Counted from the stretch's first letter, positions 1 through 9,796 are shown. The stretch: 64,000 bases of DNA from an uncultured delta proteobacterium (GCA_963806225.1 CAWDXG010000004.1:4032001-4096000), one strand, 5' to 3'. Numbers and translations are program-made. Notes: a model not told the origin generated them from the letters alone.

Positions 1-1
1 T

Positions 2-1522
2 CTGGTCGTGATCCAGGGCAATGACTCGCAGACCAGCAAGATCGTCTACCCGGTCGTCGATTTCAAAGCCGACCCCAACTACGACCCGAAAGCCAGCATC
101 TACGACTTCGCCATGGTGAAGTTCAACGGCGCGGGCACGTCGACGCCGCGCATGAAGCTACTCACGGCGTCCCTCGACAATCTCAAGGCCGGCAGCCCCG
201 TCGAGTTCGTCGGCTACGGCATCACCGCTTCGGGCCTGAAAGACGGCGGCACGCGCATGCACGTGAACAACACGCTCGCGAACACCGTTGCCGGCCCGGC
301 CGTGAGCGCGCTGACCGTGACGTACAGCGAGGCGGGCGGCCTCGGCGGCCCGTGCTCCGGCGACAGCGGTGGGCCAGCGCTGTACACGGTGAGCGGCACC
401 CAGTACGTCGCCGCGGTCACGTCGAGCGGCGACAAGACGTGCAGCCAGTTCGGCATCAGCGGCCGCGTGTCCGCTGTCGTGGACACCTTCATCAACCCCT
501 ACATCAACGGCACGAGCGGCGGCACGCAGACCTGCGCCCAGTGCCAACAGGCGTCCACCACTGGCGTCGGGTCCTGCTCGCAGAAGGTCACCGACTGCCA
601 GAACGACACGGACTGCGCGGCTCTGCTGACGTGCTTCAACGGCTGCGCCCAGGGCGACCAGACCTGCATCGACAACTGCGCGAGCCAGCACTCTGCTGGC
701 GCCGCGATCTACCAGAAGATCGGCGACTGCGTGTGCAGCACGGGCTGCAAGACGGAGTGCGCGTCGGATCCGTCGTGCCAGGCGGCCGCCTGCGGCTTCA
801 GCTTCAGCGACCAGACCTGCAGCACCTGCATGACCAACAACTGCTGTACCGAGGAGCAGAACTGCAAGAGCGACTCGGCCTGCGTCACCTGCGTCACCTC
901 GCAGACTCCTGCGGCCAGCTGCAGCTCCAACGCCAACGATACGGCGCTCATGCAGTGCTACAAGGGCAAGTGCTCCGCGCAGTGCGGGATGAAGTGCGGG
1001 TTCTCGTCGGCGAATGCGACCTGCCAGACGTGCTTCGAGAACAGCTGCTGCAGCGAAGCGCAGGCCTGCTCGAAGGATGCCACCTGCACCTCGTGCGTCA
1101 CTTCCGCCAACCCGCCCGCTAGCTGCAACTCCAACGCACTGGCGGCGGCTTTCACCACGTGCGTCTCGAACAACTGCGGCTCGCAGTGCGGTGGCTCCGC
1201 CGGCGGCGCCGGTGGCGCCACGGGCACGGGCGGCGCGGCGGGCGCAGCGGGCAGCAGTGCGGGCGGCGCGACCGGCACGGGCGGCACGGGCGGCGCGATC
1301 GGCACGGGCGGCACGGGCGGCTTCGGCGCGGGCGGCGCGGGCGCAGGGGGCGGCACCGGCGCAGCCGCTGGCGCCACCAACCGCAGCAACAACAACTTCG
1401 GGGCCTCGGGCAGCTGCAGCTGCAGGACCGCCGGCGGCCCGAACCCCAGCGGGTTCGGCTTCATGCTGATGGGTCTGGCCGGTCTCCTGCTGCTACGGCG
1501 GCGGGAGAGCGACGAGAGCTAG
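2..1522 (+). CDS. Secreted trypsin-like (S1) serine protease with Cys-rich repeats, Gly-rich linker and MYXO-CTERM anchor; 5'-partial
   Basis: Catalytic Asp region DFAMVKF and Ser motif CSGDSGGP. C-terminus SCSCRTAG..FMLMGLAGLLLLRRR. The frame is open to the window edge and the catalytic His is not in the window. Confidence 0.85.
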   Translation: MVVIQGNDSQTSKIVYPVVDFKADPNYDPKASIYDFAMVKFNGAGTSTPRMKLLTASLDNLKAGSPVEFVGYGITASGLKDGGTRMHVNNTLANTVAGPAVSALTVTYSEAGGLGGPCSGDSGGPALYTVSGTQYVAAVTSSGDKTCSQFGISGRVSAVVDTFINPYINGTSGGTQTCAQCQQASTTGVGSCSQKVTDCQNDTDCAALLTCFNGCAQGDQTCIDNCASQHSAGAAIYQKIGDCVCSTGCKTECASDPSCQAAACGFSFSDQTCSTCMTNNCCTEEQNCKSDSACVTCVTSQTPAASCSSNANDTALMQCYKGKCSAQCGMKCGFSSANATCQTCFENSCCSEAQACSKDATCTSCVTSANPPASCNSNALAAAFTTCVSNNCGSQCGGSAGGAGGATGTGGAAGAAGSSAGGATGTGGTGGAIGTGGTGGFGAGGAGAGGGTGAAAGATNRSNNNFGASGSCSCRTAGGPNPSGFGFMLMGLAGLLLLRRRESDES

Positions 1523-2007
1523 TCCGCGAACTTCTTCTTCAACGCCTCGCACACTTCCGGCGGCGCGTAGCGACTCGCGTCGCCGCCGTGGCTGGCGATC
1601 TCGCGCACCAGCGAGGCGGAGATGAAGCCGTAGTTCGCGCGCGTCGGCAGGAACACGGTGTCGATCTCCGGCCGGAGGTCGGCATTGGCGTGCGCGATCT
1701 GCAGCTCGTACTCGAAGTCCGTACCGGCGCGCAGGCCGCGCACGATCACCCGCGCGTTGACCTCGTTGCCGAAATCGACGAGCAGCCCGTTGAAGGAGCG
1801 CACCGTGACGTTGTCGTACGGGGCGCAGAGCTTTTCCAGGAGTGCGATCCGCTCGGCGACCGTGAACAGCGGACTGCGGGTCGGATGCCACCCCAGCGCA
1901 ACGATGACGTGGGGAAACAGGCGCGAAGCGCGGTCCACCAGATCGAGGTGTCCGTAGGTCGGGGGGTCGAAGCTCCCGGCGTAGATTGCAGGCTGGTCGC
2001 CGCTCAT
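1519..2007 (-). CDS. coaD: Pantetheine-phosphate adenylyltransferase
   Basis: AIYAGSFDPPTYGH, IVRGLR..DFEYE and ISASLVREIA motifs; 162 aa. Confidence 0.97.
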   Translation of the reverse strand: MSGDQPAIYAGSFDPPTYGHLDLVDRASRLFPHVIVALGWHPTRSPLFTVAERIALLEKLCAPYDNVTVRSFNGLLVDFGNEVNARVIVRGLRAGTDFEYELQIAHANADLRPEIDTVFLPTRANYGFISASLVREIASHGGDASRYAPPEVCEALKKKFAD

Positions 2008-2055
2008 GTCAGGGGCAGCTTAGCCAATCCTGGGCCGGGACCAAGCCCGGGCTTT

Positions 2056-3525
2056 TCACCTACGGCTCGACGAGGGGCCGGGATTGCCGTGATGCGGCTG
2101 CGGCGCCTTGCCGGCGGGGGGCGGAGACAGGCTGGGAGCCTGGAGCTCCGGAGCCGCCGGCTTCTCCTCGCCGGGCAGAGCCTCGCCGGGAGGCGGAGCC
2201 CCCGAGGGCGGCGTCAGCTGCAGCTGGCCACCCTGTTGCGGCGGGGGCCGGCGACGCGCGCCGAGCGCCGCAGGATTGTCCTCCAACCACATGGTGCGCC
2301 CGTCGTCGACCAGCGTTACGCGGAACGCCGCCAGCAGGCCCGAGCCGACCAGCCCGTCGAGATGCACGCCCAGACCGTCCTCGAGCTCCTTGACCGGGGC
2401 GCCGTACACCGCAGGCACGCTCGGCACCTGGAACGCACCCACCCGCAGCAGCGGCAGCACGCCGTGGCGCAAGCCGCCGGCATCCGGCACCGGCTGGAGC
2501 GTCGACAGCGCCACGCCAGCCTTCTTCCAACCGGCCTTGTCGAGCGCAACGGGAAACGTCATCGACGTGTCGACAAGCAGCGAGCCCAGCTCCGGCGACT
2601 CGCCCTGGCCGAAACCGCCGCGCATCACCATGCCGCCGCCTCGCACGTAGGCCAGCTTCACCGTGGTCGCATGCGGCGGGGGTGGCGGCTCGAAGGTGCG
2701 GACCACGAACTGGCTGCCCGCGAAGTCGAAGGTGCAGTGCAGGTGCCGGAGCAGATTCACCCCGATGAGCATCTTGATCGGCGCGTTCAGCTGCCGGGAA
2801 ATTCCGCTCAGATCCTTCGGCAGCGCGGGTACGTCCTTGACTTCGATGCTGCTCTTGCTGCCGAAGCGGAGCGAGACCCAGGACGGCTCGCCGTTGCCTC
2901 CACTGCTGTCGAGGAAGGCCTCCGCGGTACCCGTCGCGATCAAGCCCAGGCCCGGCTCGCCGTTGACCTCGAGCGGAACGACCAGCGAGGTCGAAGCCAC
3001 CTGGGGCATCTCGGTGACCGCAACCAGCCCGCCGCTCATGCTGAACGGCTTCCGGCCCGTACCGAGGCGCGCCAGCTTGGCCACCTGCTGGGCCCAGGGG
3101 TCGCGCACGTCCGGATCGGACAGCAACGCTTCCAGCTCGTCGGCTGCCGCGTCCAGCTTGCCCGAGTACCAGAGCGCACGACCGCGGATACCGCGGGCCT
3201 CGCCGCTGTTCAGGCCCTGGAGGAGCTGGATGGCGCGATCGTACTGCAGGCGGGCGAGGGCGATGTGGGCAGCGAGCAGGCGGATCTTCGTGCGGTGCGG
3301 ATCGATGCGAAGCGCGTTGTCGACGGCCTGCTGCGCGTCGTCGATATCAACCCGGTGGTAGCTGGCGTCGGCGCGGTCGAACCACTTCTTCGCCATCGGC
3401 GGCCAGCTCGCCTCGCCCGGTCCGACGCCGCCGCAAGCCGTGACGGACAGCAGGAGAGCGCCCAACACCGCCAGCAGCAGAGCTCGCGATGCATGGCCGG
3501 CGCGGGGCTTGGAAAGCAGCTGCAT
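2056..3525 (-). CDS. Lipoprotein with TPR region and two retropepsin-like (aspartyl protease fold) domains with degenerate active sites
   Basis: Lipobox VTAC, TPR-like helices, LIATGT/IGVNLL and LVDTS/GLVGSGLL motifs, Pro-rich tail. Start is ATG 3525 or TTG 3534. Confidence 0.6.
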   Translation of the reverse strand: MQLLSKPRAGHASRALLLAVLGALLLSVTACGGVGPGEASWPPMAKKWFDRADASYHRVDIDDAQQAVDNALRIDPHRTKIRLLAAHIALARLQYDRAIQLLQGLNSGEARGIRGRALWYSGKLDAAADELEALLSDPDVRDPWAQQVAKLARLGTGRKPFSMSGGLVAVTEMPQVASTSLVVPLEVNGEPGLGLIATGTAEAFLDSSGGNGEPSWVSLRFGSKSSIEVKDVPALPKDLSGISRQLNAPIKMLIGVNLLRHLHCTFDFAGSQFVVRTFEPPPPPHATTVKLAYVRGGGMVMRGGFGQGESPELGSLLVDTSMTFPVALDKAGWKKAGVALSTLQPVPDAGGLRHGVLPLLRVGAFQVPSVPAVYGAPVKELEDGLGVHLDGLVGSGLLAAFRVTLVDDGRTMWLEDNPAALGARRRPPPQQGGQLQLTPPSGAPPPGEALPGEEKPAAPELQAPSLSPPPAGKAPQPHHGNPGPSSSRR

Positions 3526-3783
3526 TTGCGTCAATCGATGCCTGGTACGCGGGAAGCTGCTCGGCCACGCCGGGCGGGCGTGGCGGCGTTCCGCCGCGAC
3601 GCGGCACGGGATAGCCTATTGTCGGCGTGAGGTCGAGGGCCAGGCGGGCCCCACCCGGCCGGCGCCTTCCGGGCGTGCTTGCCCGGGATGGCGAGGCGTC
3701 GTCCTGCGCCGCTGACCCCCGCGGGATCGCACCGGATCCCCGGCCGGTCCCAACCCGCCGACCGCGTGCTAAGCTGTCTCTTC

Positions 3784-4401
3784 GTGGAGCAGTCGGCGAG
3801 CGCCCCAAGGCCCCGGCACGCGGGGCGAAAAGACGTGCTGGCGCTCCCGGTGCTGCTCCTGAACCGGTTTTTCGCGCCCGTCTGCCTGACCACGGCGCGG
3901 CGCGCTGTCGTGCTGCTGTACGGCGGCTCGGCGCTCGCGCTCGACGAGCTCGGCGAGCCGCACGATTTCGGCACCTGGCGCGAGCTGCCGGTGCGGGACG
4001 CCGACGACAGGCTGCCCCTGGTCGGCGGCGAGCTGAGGATTCCGCGCGTGCTGCACCTGCTTCGCTACGACCGCTCGCCGCGGCTGGCGATCCGCTTGAC
4101 GCGCCGCAACCTGATGCTCCGCGACGACCACCAGTGCCAGTACTGCGGGCGGCGGCCGGGCCTGCGCGATCTGAACGTGGATCACGTGCTGCCCCGCTCG
4201 CGGGGCGGCGCCGACAGCTGGGAAAACCTCGTGGTTTCCTGTCGCAGCTGCAACCTGAAGAAGGGCCGCCGGACCCCGGAGGAAGCCGGGATGCGGCTGC
4301 TCCGCACACCCCACAAGCCGCGCTGGTCCACGACTGCCCACATCCTGATGGCCACCCGCGAGCCGTTCATGGAGTGGCAGCCTTTTCTCAAGGCCGGCTA
4401 G
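3784..4401 (+). CDS. HNH endonuclease (McrA-like/HNH_5 family)
   Basis: VLLLN..FAPV, TRRNLMLRDDHQCQYCG, NVDHVLPRSRGG, WENLVVSCRSCNLKKG. GTG 3784 chosen because an extended -10 (TGcTAAGCT, 3767-3775) lies 8 nt upstream. Confidence 0.9.
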   Translation: MEQSASAPRPRHAGRKDVLALPVLLLNRFFAPVCLTTARRAVVLLYGGSALALDELGEPHDFGTWRELPVRDADDRLPLVGGELRIPRVLHLLRYDRSPRLAIRLTRRNLMLRDDHQCQYCGRRPGLRDLNVDHVLPRSRGGADSWENLVVSCRSCNLKKGRRTPEEAGMRLLRTPHKPRWSTTAHILMATREPFMEWQPFLKAG

Positions 4402-4473
4402 TCCGGAGCCCGGCGGCAGAGCGGGCGCAGATCGGCGCAATCCACAGCGAGGCCCTGGGGTAGTATGCGGGCC

Positions 4474-5046
4474 ATGAAGGTCTGCACCTACACCAACCTG
4501 GGCGCGGCAAGCGCCTTGTTCCTGGTCCTTGGCTTTGCCGCGTGCGCGGGCAACAAGCCTGCGCCACCTGCGACGCCGGCCGACGCGCCCGCCTCGTCCG
4601 CCTCCGCTGCGCCTGCTGCCGACGCGCCGGCGGCGACCGACGACAGCGCCGCTGGCAACGACTCCACTGCGCCGGACGAGGGAGCTGGCGACAGCGCGGG
4701 TGGCGGCATGGGCAAGACACCCGAGCCGGGCAAGGGCAACACCAAGGAAACCCGCACCACCGAGGTGATCGCGCAGATCATCAAGGACCACCGCAAGCCG
4801 TTCCGCGCCTGCTACGACAAGGCGCACAAGCAGCTGCCCAACCTCAAGGGCAACATGACGCTGCATTTCGTCCTCGACCCCGCGGGCAAGGTGAAGAGCG
4901 CGGAGCTCAACATCGAGCGCAGCGACATCAAGGCCCCTCTTGCCGTGGATTGCGCCATCAAGGAGCTGAAGAAGCTGGAGTTCCCGGCTTCGTCGCGGGG
5001 CATGCAGTCCGAGGTGAACTACCCGTTCAACTTCAAGCCGCACTGA
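4474..5046 (+). CDS. AgmX/PglI C-terminal (TonB-C-like) domain lipoprotein
   Basis: Lipobox FAAC, Pro/Ala linker, then FRACY..L.G.M.L.F.LDPAGKV..C....L.FP....VNYPF.F. TAGTAT lies 7 nt before ATG 4474. Confidence 0.8.
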   Translation: MKVCTYTNLGAASALFLVLGFAACAGNKPAPPATPADAPASSASAAPAADAPAATDDSAAGNDSTAPDEGAGDSAGGGMGKTPEPGKGNTKETRTTEVIAQIIKDHRKPFRACYDKAHKQLPNLKGNMTLHFVLDPAGKVKSAELNIERSDIKAPLAVDCAIKELKKLEFPASSRGMQSEVNYPFNFKPH

Positions 5047-5106
5047 AGGGCCCGGGAGCGCATGCTTCCGGGGCGCTGCCGCGCTATGACGGGGCCGGCG
5101 CCCCGC

Positions 5107-5122
5107 TGGCATGCGCGCTGCA
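5107..5122 (+). promoter_or_regulatory. Putative sigma54 (-24/-12) promoter of the MMPL operon
   Basis: TGGCATGCGCGCTGCA has GG-N10-GC spacing and ends 15 nt before ATG 5138. Confidence 0.55.
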
Positions 5123-5137
5123 CAAGCCAGGCCGACG

Positions 5138-7708
5138 ATGCGGAAAAGACCGCTCGAACCCCTCCTCCTCAAGCTAGCCGACTACCAGATCCGGCGGCCG
5201 TGGCTCGTCGTGCTGGCGGTCTTTCTGTCTTTGATTCCGGCAGCTTGGGGCACGATGCACCTGGCGCTGAAGACCGGCTTCAGCGAGCTCTTGCCCGACT
5301 CGAAGCCGAGTGTCGTCGAAATGCGACGCGTGAACAAGCGGCTCGCCGGCATGTCCACGCTGACCATCGTCGCAGAGGGGCGCGACAAGAAGTCGCTGGA
5401 ACGCTTCATCGACGAGATGTCGCCGAGGCTGCGCAAGCTTGGCCCGAAGTACGTCGCCGGCGTGGACGACGGCACCCGGGCGGTGCGTCGGTTCTTCAAC
5501 GAGTACAAGTATCTGTACGCCAGCCTCCCGGAGCTCCAGAAGCTCCGCGACGACGTCGTGGCCCGCTACGACTACGAGGTCGGCAAGAAGTCTGGCTTCG
5601 ACCTCGGGCTGGGCGACGCAGCCGAGCCCCCCGAGATCACCGCGTCTTCCCTGAAGGAGCGCTTCCAGAAGAAGGTCGACGAGGCGAAGAAGAAGGAGCG
5701 CGGAGTCGACGGCTACTACATCGGCGAGCACGATCACCTGGGCGTCATCCTGGTGCGCACTCCGCTCGGCAGCGGTGATCCGAAGGCGTTCGAGCTCGAG
5801 CAGAAGATCCGCGGCCTCGTCAAACAGATCAATCCGCACAGCTGGGACCCGACACTCGAGGTCGAGTTCACTGGCAACCTGATCACCAGCGCCGAGGAGC
5901 ATCGCGCGGTGACGCAGGATCTCGCCCACGTGGGCATCTGGGGCGTGGGGCTGATCCTCGGCGTGGTGTTCCTGTTCTTCCTCAGGGTCCGCACGCTCCT
6001 GTCGATGACGTTCACCATCGCGACCGGCTGCATCTGGTCGTTCGGGATGGCGTATCTGACCGTCGGCTACCTGAACATGGCGACGGGCTTCCTCGTCAGC
6101 ATCATCGCGGGCAACGGCATCAATTTCGGCATCATCTTCATGGCGCGCTATATCGAAGCGCGGCGCGACGAGAAGCTGAAAGTGCCGGATGCGATCCGCG
6201 AGACGCACCGCGACACCCACACCGCCACACTGGCTGCCGCCGGTGCCGCCATGATCGCCTACGGCTCTCTGGCGGTGACGGACTTCAGGGGCTTCAAGCA
6301 CTTCGGCATCATCGGCGGCGCCGGCATGCTCTTGTGCTGGATAGCAACGTACGTGCTGCTCCCCGCGATCCTCGTCATCAGCGAGCGCTACTCGCCCATG
6401 TTCGAGAGCGGGCCCGCCTGGCGCGCCAAGCTCAAGGGGATCTACGGCTATCCGTTCGCCTTCGTGGCGCGGCGCTTCCCGCGCGCCATCGCCAGCCTCG
6501 GGCTGGTGCTGGGCGCGGTCTCTGTCGTGCTTGCAGCGCGCTACTTCCTGCACGACCCGATGGAATACAACCTCCGGAACGTGCGGAACGACCACCACTC
6601 GCCCACGTCGGCGGGGCGCCTGTCGGTGCGCGTCGACGCGATCATCGGCCGGCTCGGCCAGGACGGGCGCGCCATCCTCACCGAGCGGCTCGATCAGGTC
6701 AAACCGCTGATCAAGGTGCTCGATGCGCGTCGCGACGCGGCGCCGGCCGGCAAGAAGCCATTCAACAAGGTCGTCAGCATCTTCGATCTGATGCCGACCC
6801 AGCAGCAGAAGAAGCTCGCGCTGCTCCACACCATCCGCGACCGGATGGACCGCGCACGCAAACACGGCTTCATCAACGACGCCGACTGGAAGAAGCTGCA
6901 GAAGCAGCTGCCCGCGAAGCTCTCCACGATCACTCTCGCGGACCTGCCGGACCAGGTCGCCCGCCCCTTCCAGGAAGCGGACGGCACGCGGGGCCGCATC
7001 GTGTACATCGTGCCGTCCGACGGTCGCAGCATCTACGACGCGCACTATCTGATGCAGTGGGCCGACAGCTTCCGCAAGGTCACGTTGCCGAACGGCGACG
7101 TGATCCGCGGCACCGGCGATCCGGTCATCTTCTCCGACATGCTGATCAGCATCGGGCAGGACGCACCCAAGGCGATCTTCCTGAGCCTGCTCGGCACGAT
7201 CCTGGTCGTGCTGGTGGCGTTCCGCGGCCGGGCTTCGGGCTGGCTGGCGCTCGGGACGCTGCTGATCGGCCTGTCGTGGCTGGTCGCGTTCCTGGCGCTA
7301 CGCGACATCAAGCTGAATTTCCTCAACTTTGTCGCACTCCCGATCAGTATCGGGGTGGGAGCAGACTACGTCGTCAACGTGATGAAGCGACGGCAGCTCG
7401 AGGGCGATTCGCAACTCTACCGCGTGTTCGTCGAAACAGGCGGCGCGGTCGTACTCTGTTCGCTCACCACCACGCTCGGCTACATCGCGCTCACGCTGTC
7501 CATCAACGGCGCGGTACGGAGCTTCGGGCTGGCTGCCGCGGTCGGCGAGGTCACCACCCTGGCCGCCGCGATGCTGGTGCTTCCCGCCTTCTTGTTCTGG
7601 CGCGCCAAACGCAAGCGCGTGCCGATCGCGACGCTGCCCGACGGCGTCGTGCCGGACTCCTTCCGGCCGCACCACCGGCGCGCGGCGGCCGCACGGGACG
7701 GCGAGTAG
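5138..7708 (+). CDS. MMPL/RND-family exporter
   Basis: Two repeats of TM + periplasmic domain + 5 TM. Motifs TGNLIT, GNGINFGI, FRGFKHFGIIGG, IGVGADY, TGGAVVLCSLTTTLGY, SFGLAAAVGE. Confidence 0.92.
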   Translation: MRKRPLEPLLLKLADYQIRRPWLVVLAVFLSLIPAAWGTMHLALKTGFSELLPDSKPSVVEMRRVNKRLAGMSTLTIVAEGRDKKSLERFIDEMSPRLRKLGPKYVAGVDDGTRAVRRFFNEYKYLYASLPELQKLRDDVVARYDYEVGKKSGFDLGLGDAAEPPEITASSLKERFQKKVDEAKKKERGVDGYYIGEHDHLGVILVRTPLGSGDPKAFELEQKIRGLVKQINPHSWDPTLEVEFTGNLITSAEEHRAVTQDLAHVGIWGVGLILGVVFLFFLRVRTLLSMTFTIATGCIWSFGMAYLTVGYLNMATGFLVSIIAGNGINFGIIFMARYIEARRDEKLKVPDAIRETHRDTHTATLAAAGAAMIAYGSLAVTDFRGFKHFGIIGGAGMLLCWIATYVLLPAILVISERYSPMFESGPAWRAKLKGIYGYPFAFVARRFPRAIASLGLVLGAVSVVLAARYFLHDPMEYNLRNVRNDHHSPTSAGRLSVRVDAIIGRLGQDGRAILTERLDQVKPLIKVLDARRDAAPAGKKPFNKVVSIFDLMPTQQQKKLALLHTIRDRMDRARKHGFINDADWKKLQKQLPAKLSTITLADLPDQVARPFQEADGTRGRIVYIVPSDGRSIYDAHYLMQWADSFRKVTLPNGDVIRGTGDPVIFSDMLISIGQDAPKAIFLSLLGTILVVLVAFRGRASGWLALGTLLIGLSWLVAFLALRDIKLNFLNFVALPISIGVGADYVVNVMKRRQLEGDSQLYRVFVETGGAVVLCSLTTTLGYIALTLSINGAVRSFGLAAAVGEVTTLAAAMLVLPAFLFWRAKRKRVPIATLPDGVVPDSFRPHHRRAAAARDGE

Positions 7709-7714
7709 CAGCCG

Positions 7715-9322
7715 ATGTCCGACGCTCCGCTCAGGGGACGCGCGCTGTCCTCGCTGCCGCCCAGCGACCCGTACAGCGTCCTGCTCAGCGGCACGCGTGC
7801 GCTGCGCCGGGAAGAACGCGCCGCGCGTGACGAGTGGTTCCAGGCGCTGAACGTCGACGGCAAGGACGAGATCCTGTTCGAGCTCGAGGTGCTGCTCAAG
7901 GCCAGCGCCTGCTTCGCCAATCCCCGCAATCACCCGGGCCCGCCGCGCCGCACTCCGGTGGTGGCGCAGGACTTCCGCGAAGCCACGTTGATCTTCCGCG
8001 ACGGAACGCAACGCGCCCTCGCACTTGGACGGCAGCTGCTCGGCCCGCGCGATCGCGCTTTCGTGTTCCACCGCTATCTGGAGACGATGCTGCCCGAGGA
8101 CACCCTGCGCGCGCAGCTAGCCCGCGAAGGCAGCCGTCAGTCCACGCCCGGTGAGGGCCTGATCGCGCTTAGACATGGCCTGTCCAGCCTGAACGAGGTG
8201 GTGGAGGGCGTACTGCGCGCGCAGCGCGTTCCGTTCCGGTTGTTCTATGCGGTGCTGTCCACCATGCAGCGCGAGGTCGGGCGGAACGCCTTCTTCAATC
8301 CGCTGACTGCGCTCGAATTCCGCCCGGAGTTCGATCGCATCAAGTCCAGCCAGGTTCTCGAGCTGATCCGCAGCGTCCCCGGAGACGAAGCCCACCGGCT
8401 GGTCGCACTGACGTTTCTGTCGCTGTTCCGCATGCTGCGCTACCTGCGCCTTCTCACGCGCATCTCGGTGGAATCGGGCGGGCGCCGGCGCCGCGCCGCA
8501 GGGCGTGCCTACCTCGTGCTGTCGGTGCTGCGTTCGGACGCACGCGCGCTCAGCGACTACCTCAGGCGCCGCTCCGGCGGCCTGCTCGCCCAGAGCTTCG
8601 AGCGCGATCTGTTCCTCGTTCCGGCAAGCGGGATCCGCGAGCGCTCGGCTTCACTCAGGGCTTCCGGGCATCGCCTGATCGCCATCAAGAGCGCGCTCGA
8701 AGGCATTGCCGGCAATCTACGACTCGAGATGCGGCGCGCGTTCCAGCATGACCTGCCAGCGCCCGACGCGATGCCCAGCGATCACGAGTTCCGTGCCGCG
8801 CTGCAGGCGAGCGTCGGCACCCTGCGCCCCGCGCTGCGCAACGCGATCCTGTTCCTCGGCAAGGCGCTCGGCGTGAGCCTGGAGGAGGGCGGCGTCTTCG
8901 ACGACCAGGCAGCACGACGCGAGACCAGCGAACGGCTTCGGCGGGACGTCTGGATGTTCGGACAGATCGTCCGCGCTTTTTCGACGAAGGCGCAGCACTC
9001 GCCCGCCGATGACCGCTGGAGCGCCCTGCACGGCTTCCAGTACGTCCGCGAGTTCCTCGCCTACTTCCGCGCCATGGGCTACCCGCTGCTCCGCAGCACG
9101 GACTACCCGCGTTTCGACGCGTTCATGGCGGCCATGAGCCGGCTTCAGGATACGGACCTGGTCGATCCGTCGCGCCTGGAGGACGCGATCGACGAGTGCG
9201 TCGCGTTCCACAGCTTCCTGCAGCAGCTGTTCGAGGACATCTCCAAGCGGGACGTGCTGGAAGGTATCCGCTTCGACCGCCGCGCCGCGGCGGAGAGCCT
9301 GAAGCTCTACCTCGGCGACTAG
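7715..9322 (+). CDS. Hypothetical cytoplasmic alpha-helical protein, probably co-transcribed with the MMPL gene
   Basis: 535-aa ORF with GC3-rich codons, 6 nt after the MMPL stop. No recognised motif. Confidence 0.75.
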   Translation: MSDAPLRGRALSSLPPSDPYSVLLSGTRALRREERAARDEWFQALNVDGKDEILFELEVLLKASACFANPRNHPGPPRRTPVVAQDFREATLIFRDGTQRALALGRQLLGPRDRAFVFHRYLETMLPEDTLRAQLAREGSRQSTPGEGLIALRHGLSSLNEVVEGVLRAQRVPFRLFYAVLSTMQREVGRNAFFNPLTALEFRPEFDRIKSSQVLELIRSVPGDEAHRLVALTFLSLFRMLRYLRLLTRISVESGGRRRRAAGRAYLVLSVLRSDARALSDYLRRRSGGLLAQSFERDLFLVPASGIRERSASLRASGHRLIAIKSALEGIAGNLRLEMRRAFQHDLPAPDAMPSDHEFRAALQASVGTLRPALRNAILFLGKALGVSLEEGGVFDDQAARRETSERLRRDVWMFGQIVRAFSTKAQHSPADDRWSALHGFQYVREFLAYFRAMGYPLLRSTDYPRFDAFMAAMSRLQDTDLVDPSRLEDAIDECVAFHSFLQQLFEDISKRDVLEGIRFDRRAAAESLKLYLGD

Positions 9323-9349
9323 CGCTGCTCTGGTGCCGGGTCGCACGCG

Positions 9350-9780
9350 CCACGCCGGTAGTCCGGCGTGGGCTCAAGCGACAAGCAAGTGACAAGCCGT
9401 CACCCGGGGGGCGGGTGGCGGAAAAGTGAGGGCAGAGCGCGAACTCGGGCTGCGCTCTGTCCGAGCACGCGGACGGACGGAACCATGGAATCAGGGTTAT
9501 CGCCCGTCCGCGTGCTCGCGACCGAAACGGATGACCCGGTCTCCCCTCGGCCCAGCCCCCACGCGCGAACGCGCGGAAGCTCGACATCGGATACAGCCCG
9601 GAGTCGGTTCCGCCTCGGCAGCAAGGGTCGACCAGGCCCGAGGGCCTGGCCGGGTCCGGTGCCTTCCAGCACCGGGCCCCCCTTTGCCAGGAGAGCGGGG
9701 GGCGGGCCTTCCGGCTACGTCCGACCCCGGGTCTCGTGGACCCGGCTCCGGACCGGCCTTGGGCCTACGCCCTCCTGCCC
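9350..9780. ncRNA. Candidate structured RNA or long structured 3' UTR (dense hairpin array)
   Basis: At least 7 stem-loops, including a perfect 15-bp inverted repeat (9462-9476/9504-9518), between convergent genes. No convincing CDS. Confidence 0.35.
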
Positions 9781-9796
9781 CACTGCTTCAGGCCGA

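Noticed and set aside
1159..3630. Long alternative-frame ORFs (for example 1159..3630 +, 10193..12349 -, 17875..19989 +, 38438..40207 +, 49171..51267 +)
   Set aside because: Arg/Ala/Pro-rich shadow ORFs that overlap genes with clear family motifs. They are expected in high-GC DNA where stop codons are rare.
9350..9780. RNase P RNA, tmRNA, SRP RNA, retron msr/msd or cobalamin riboswitch
   Set aside because: No GGAAAGUCC, no tRNA-like ends, no SRP GGAAGGAAGCAGC motif and no reverse transcriptase nearby. GCCAGGAGA near 9686 lacks the rest of a B12 element and is not upstream of a gene.
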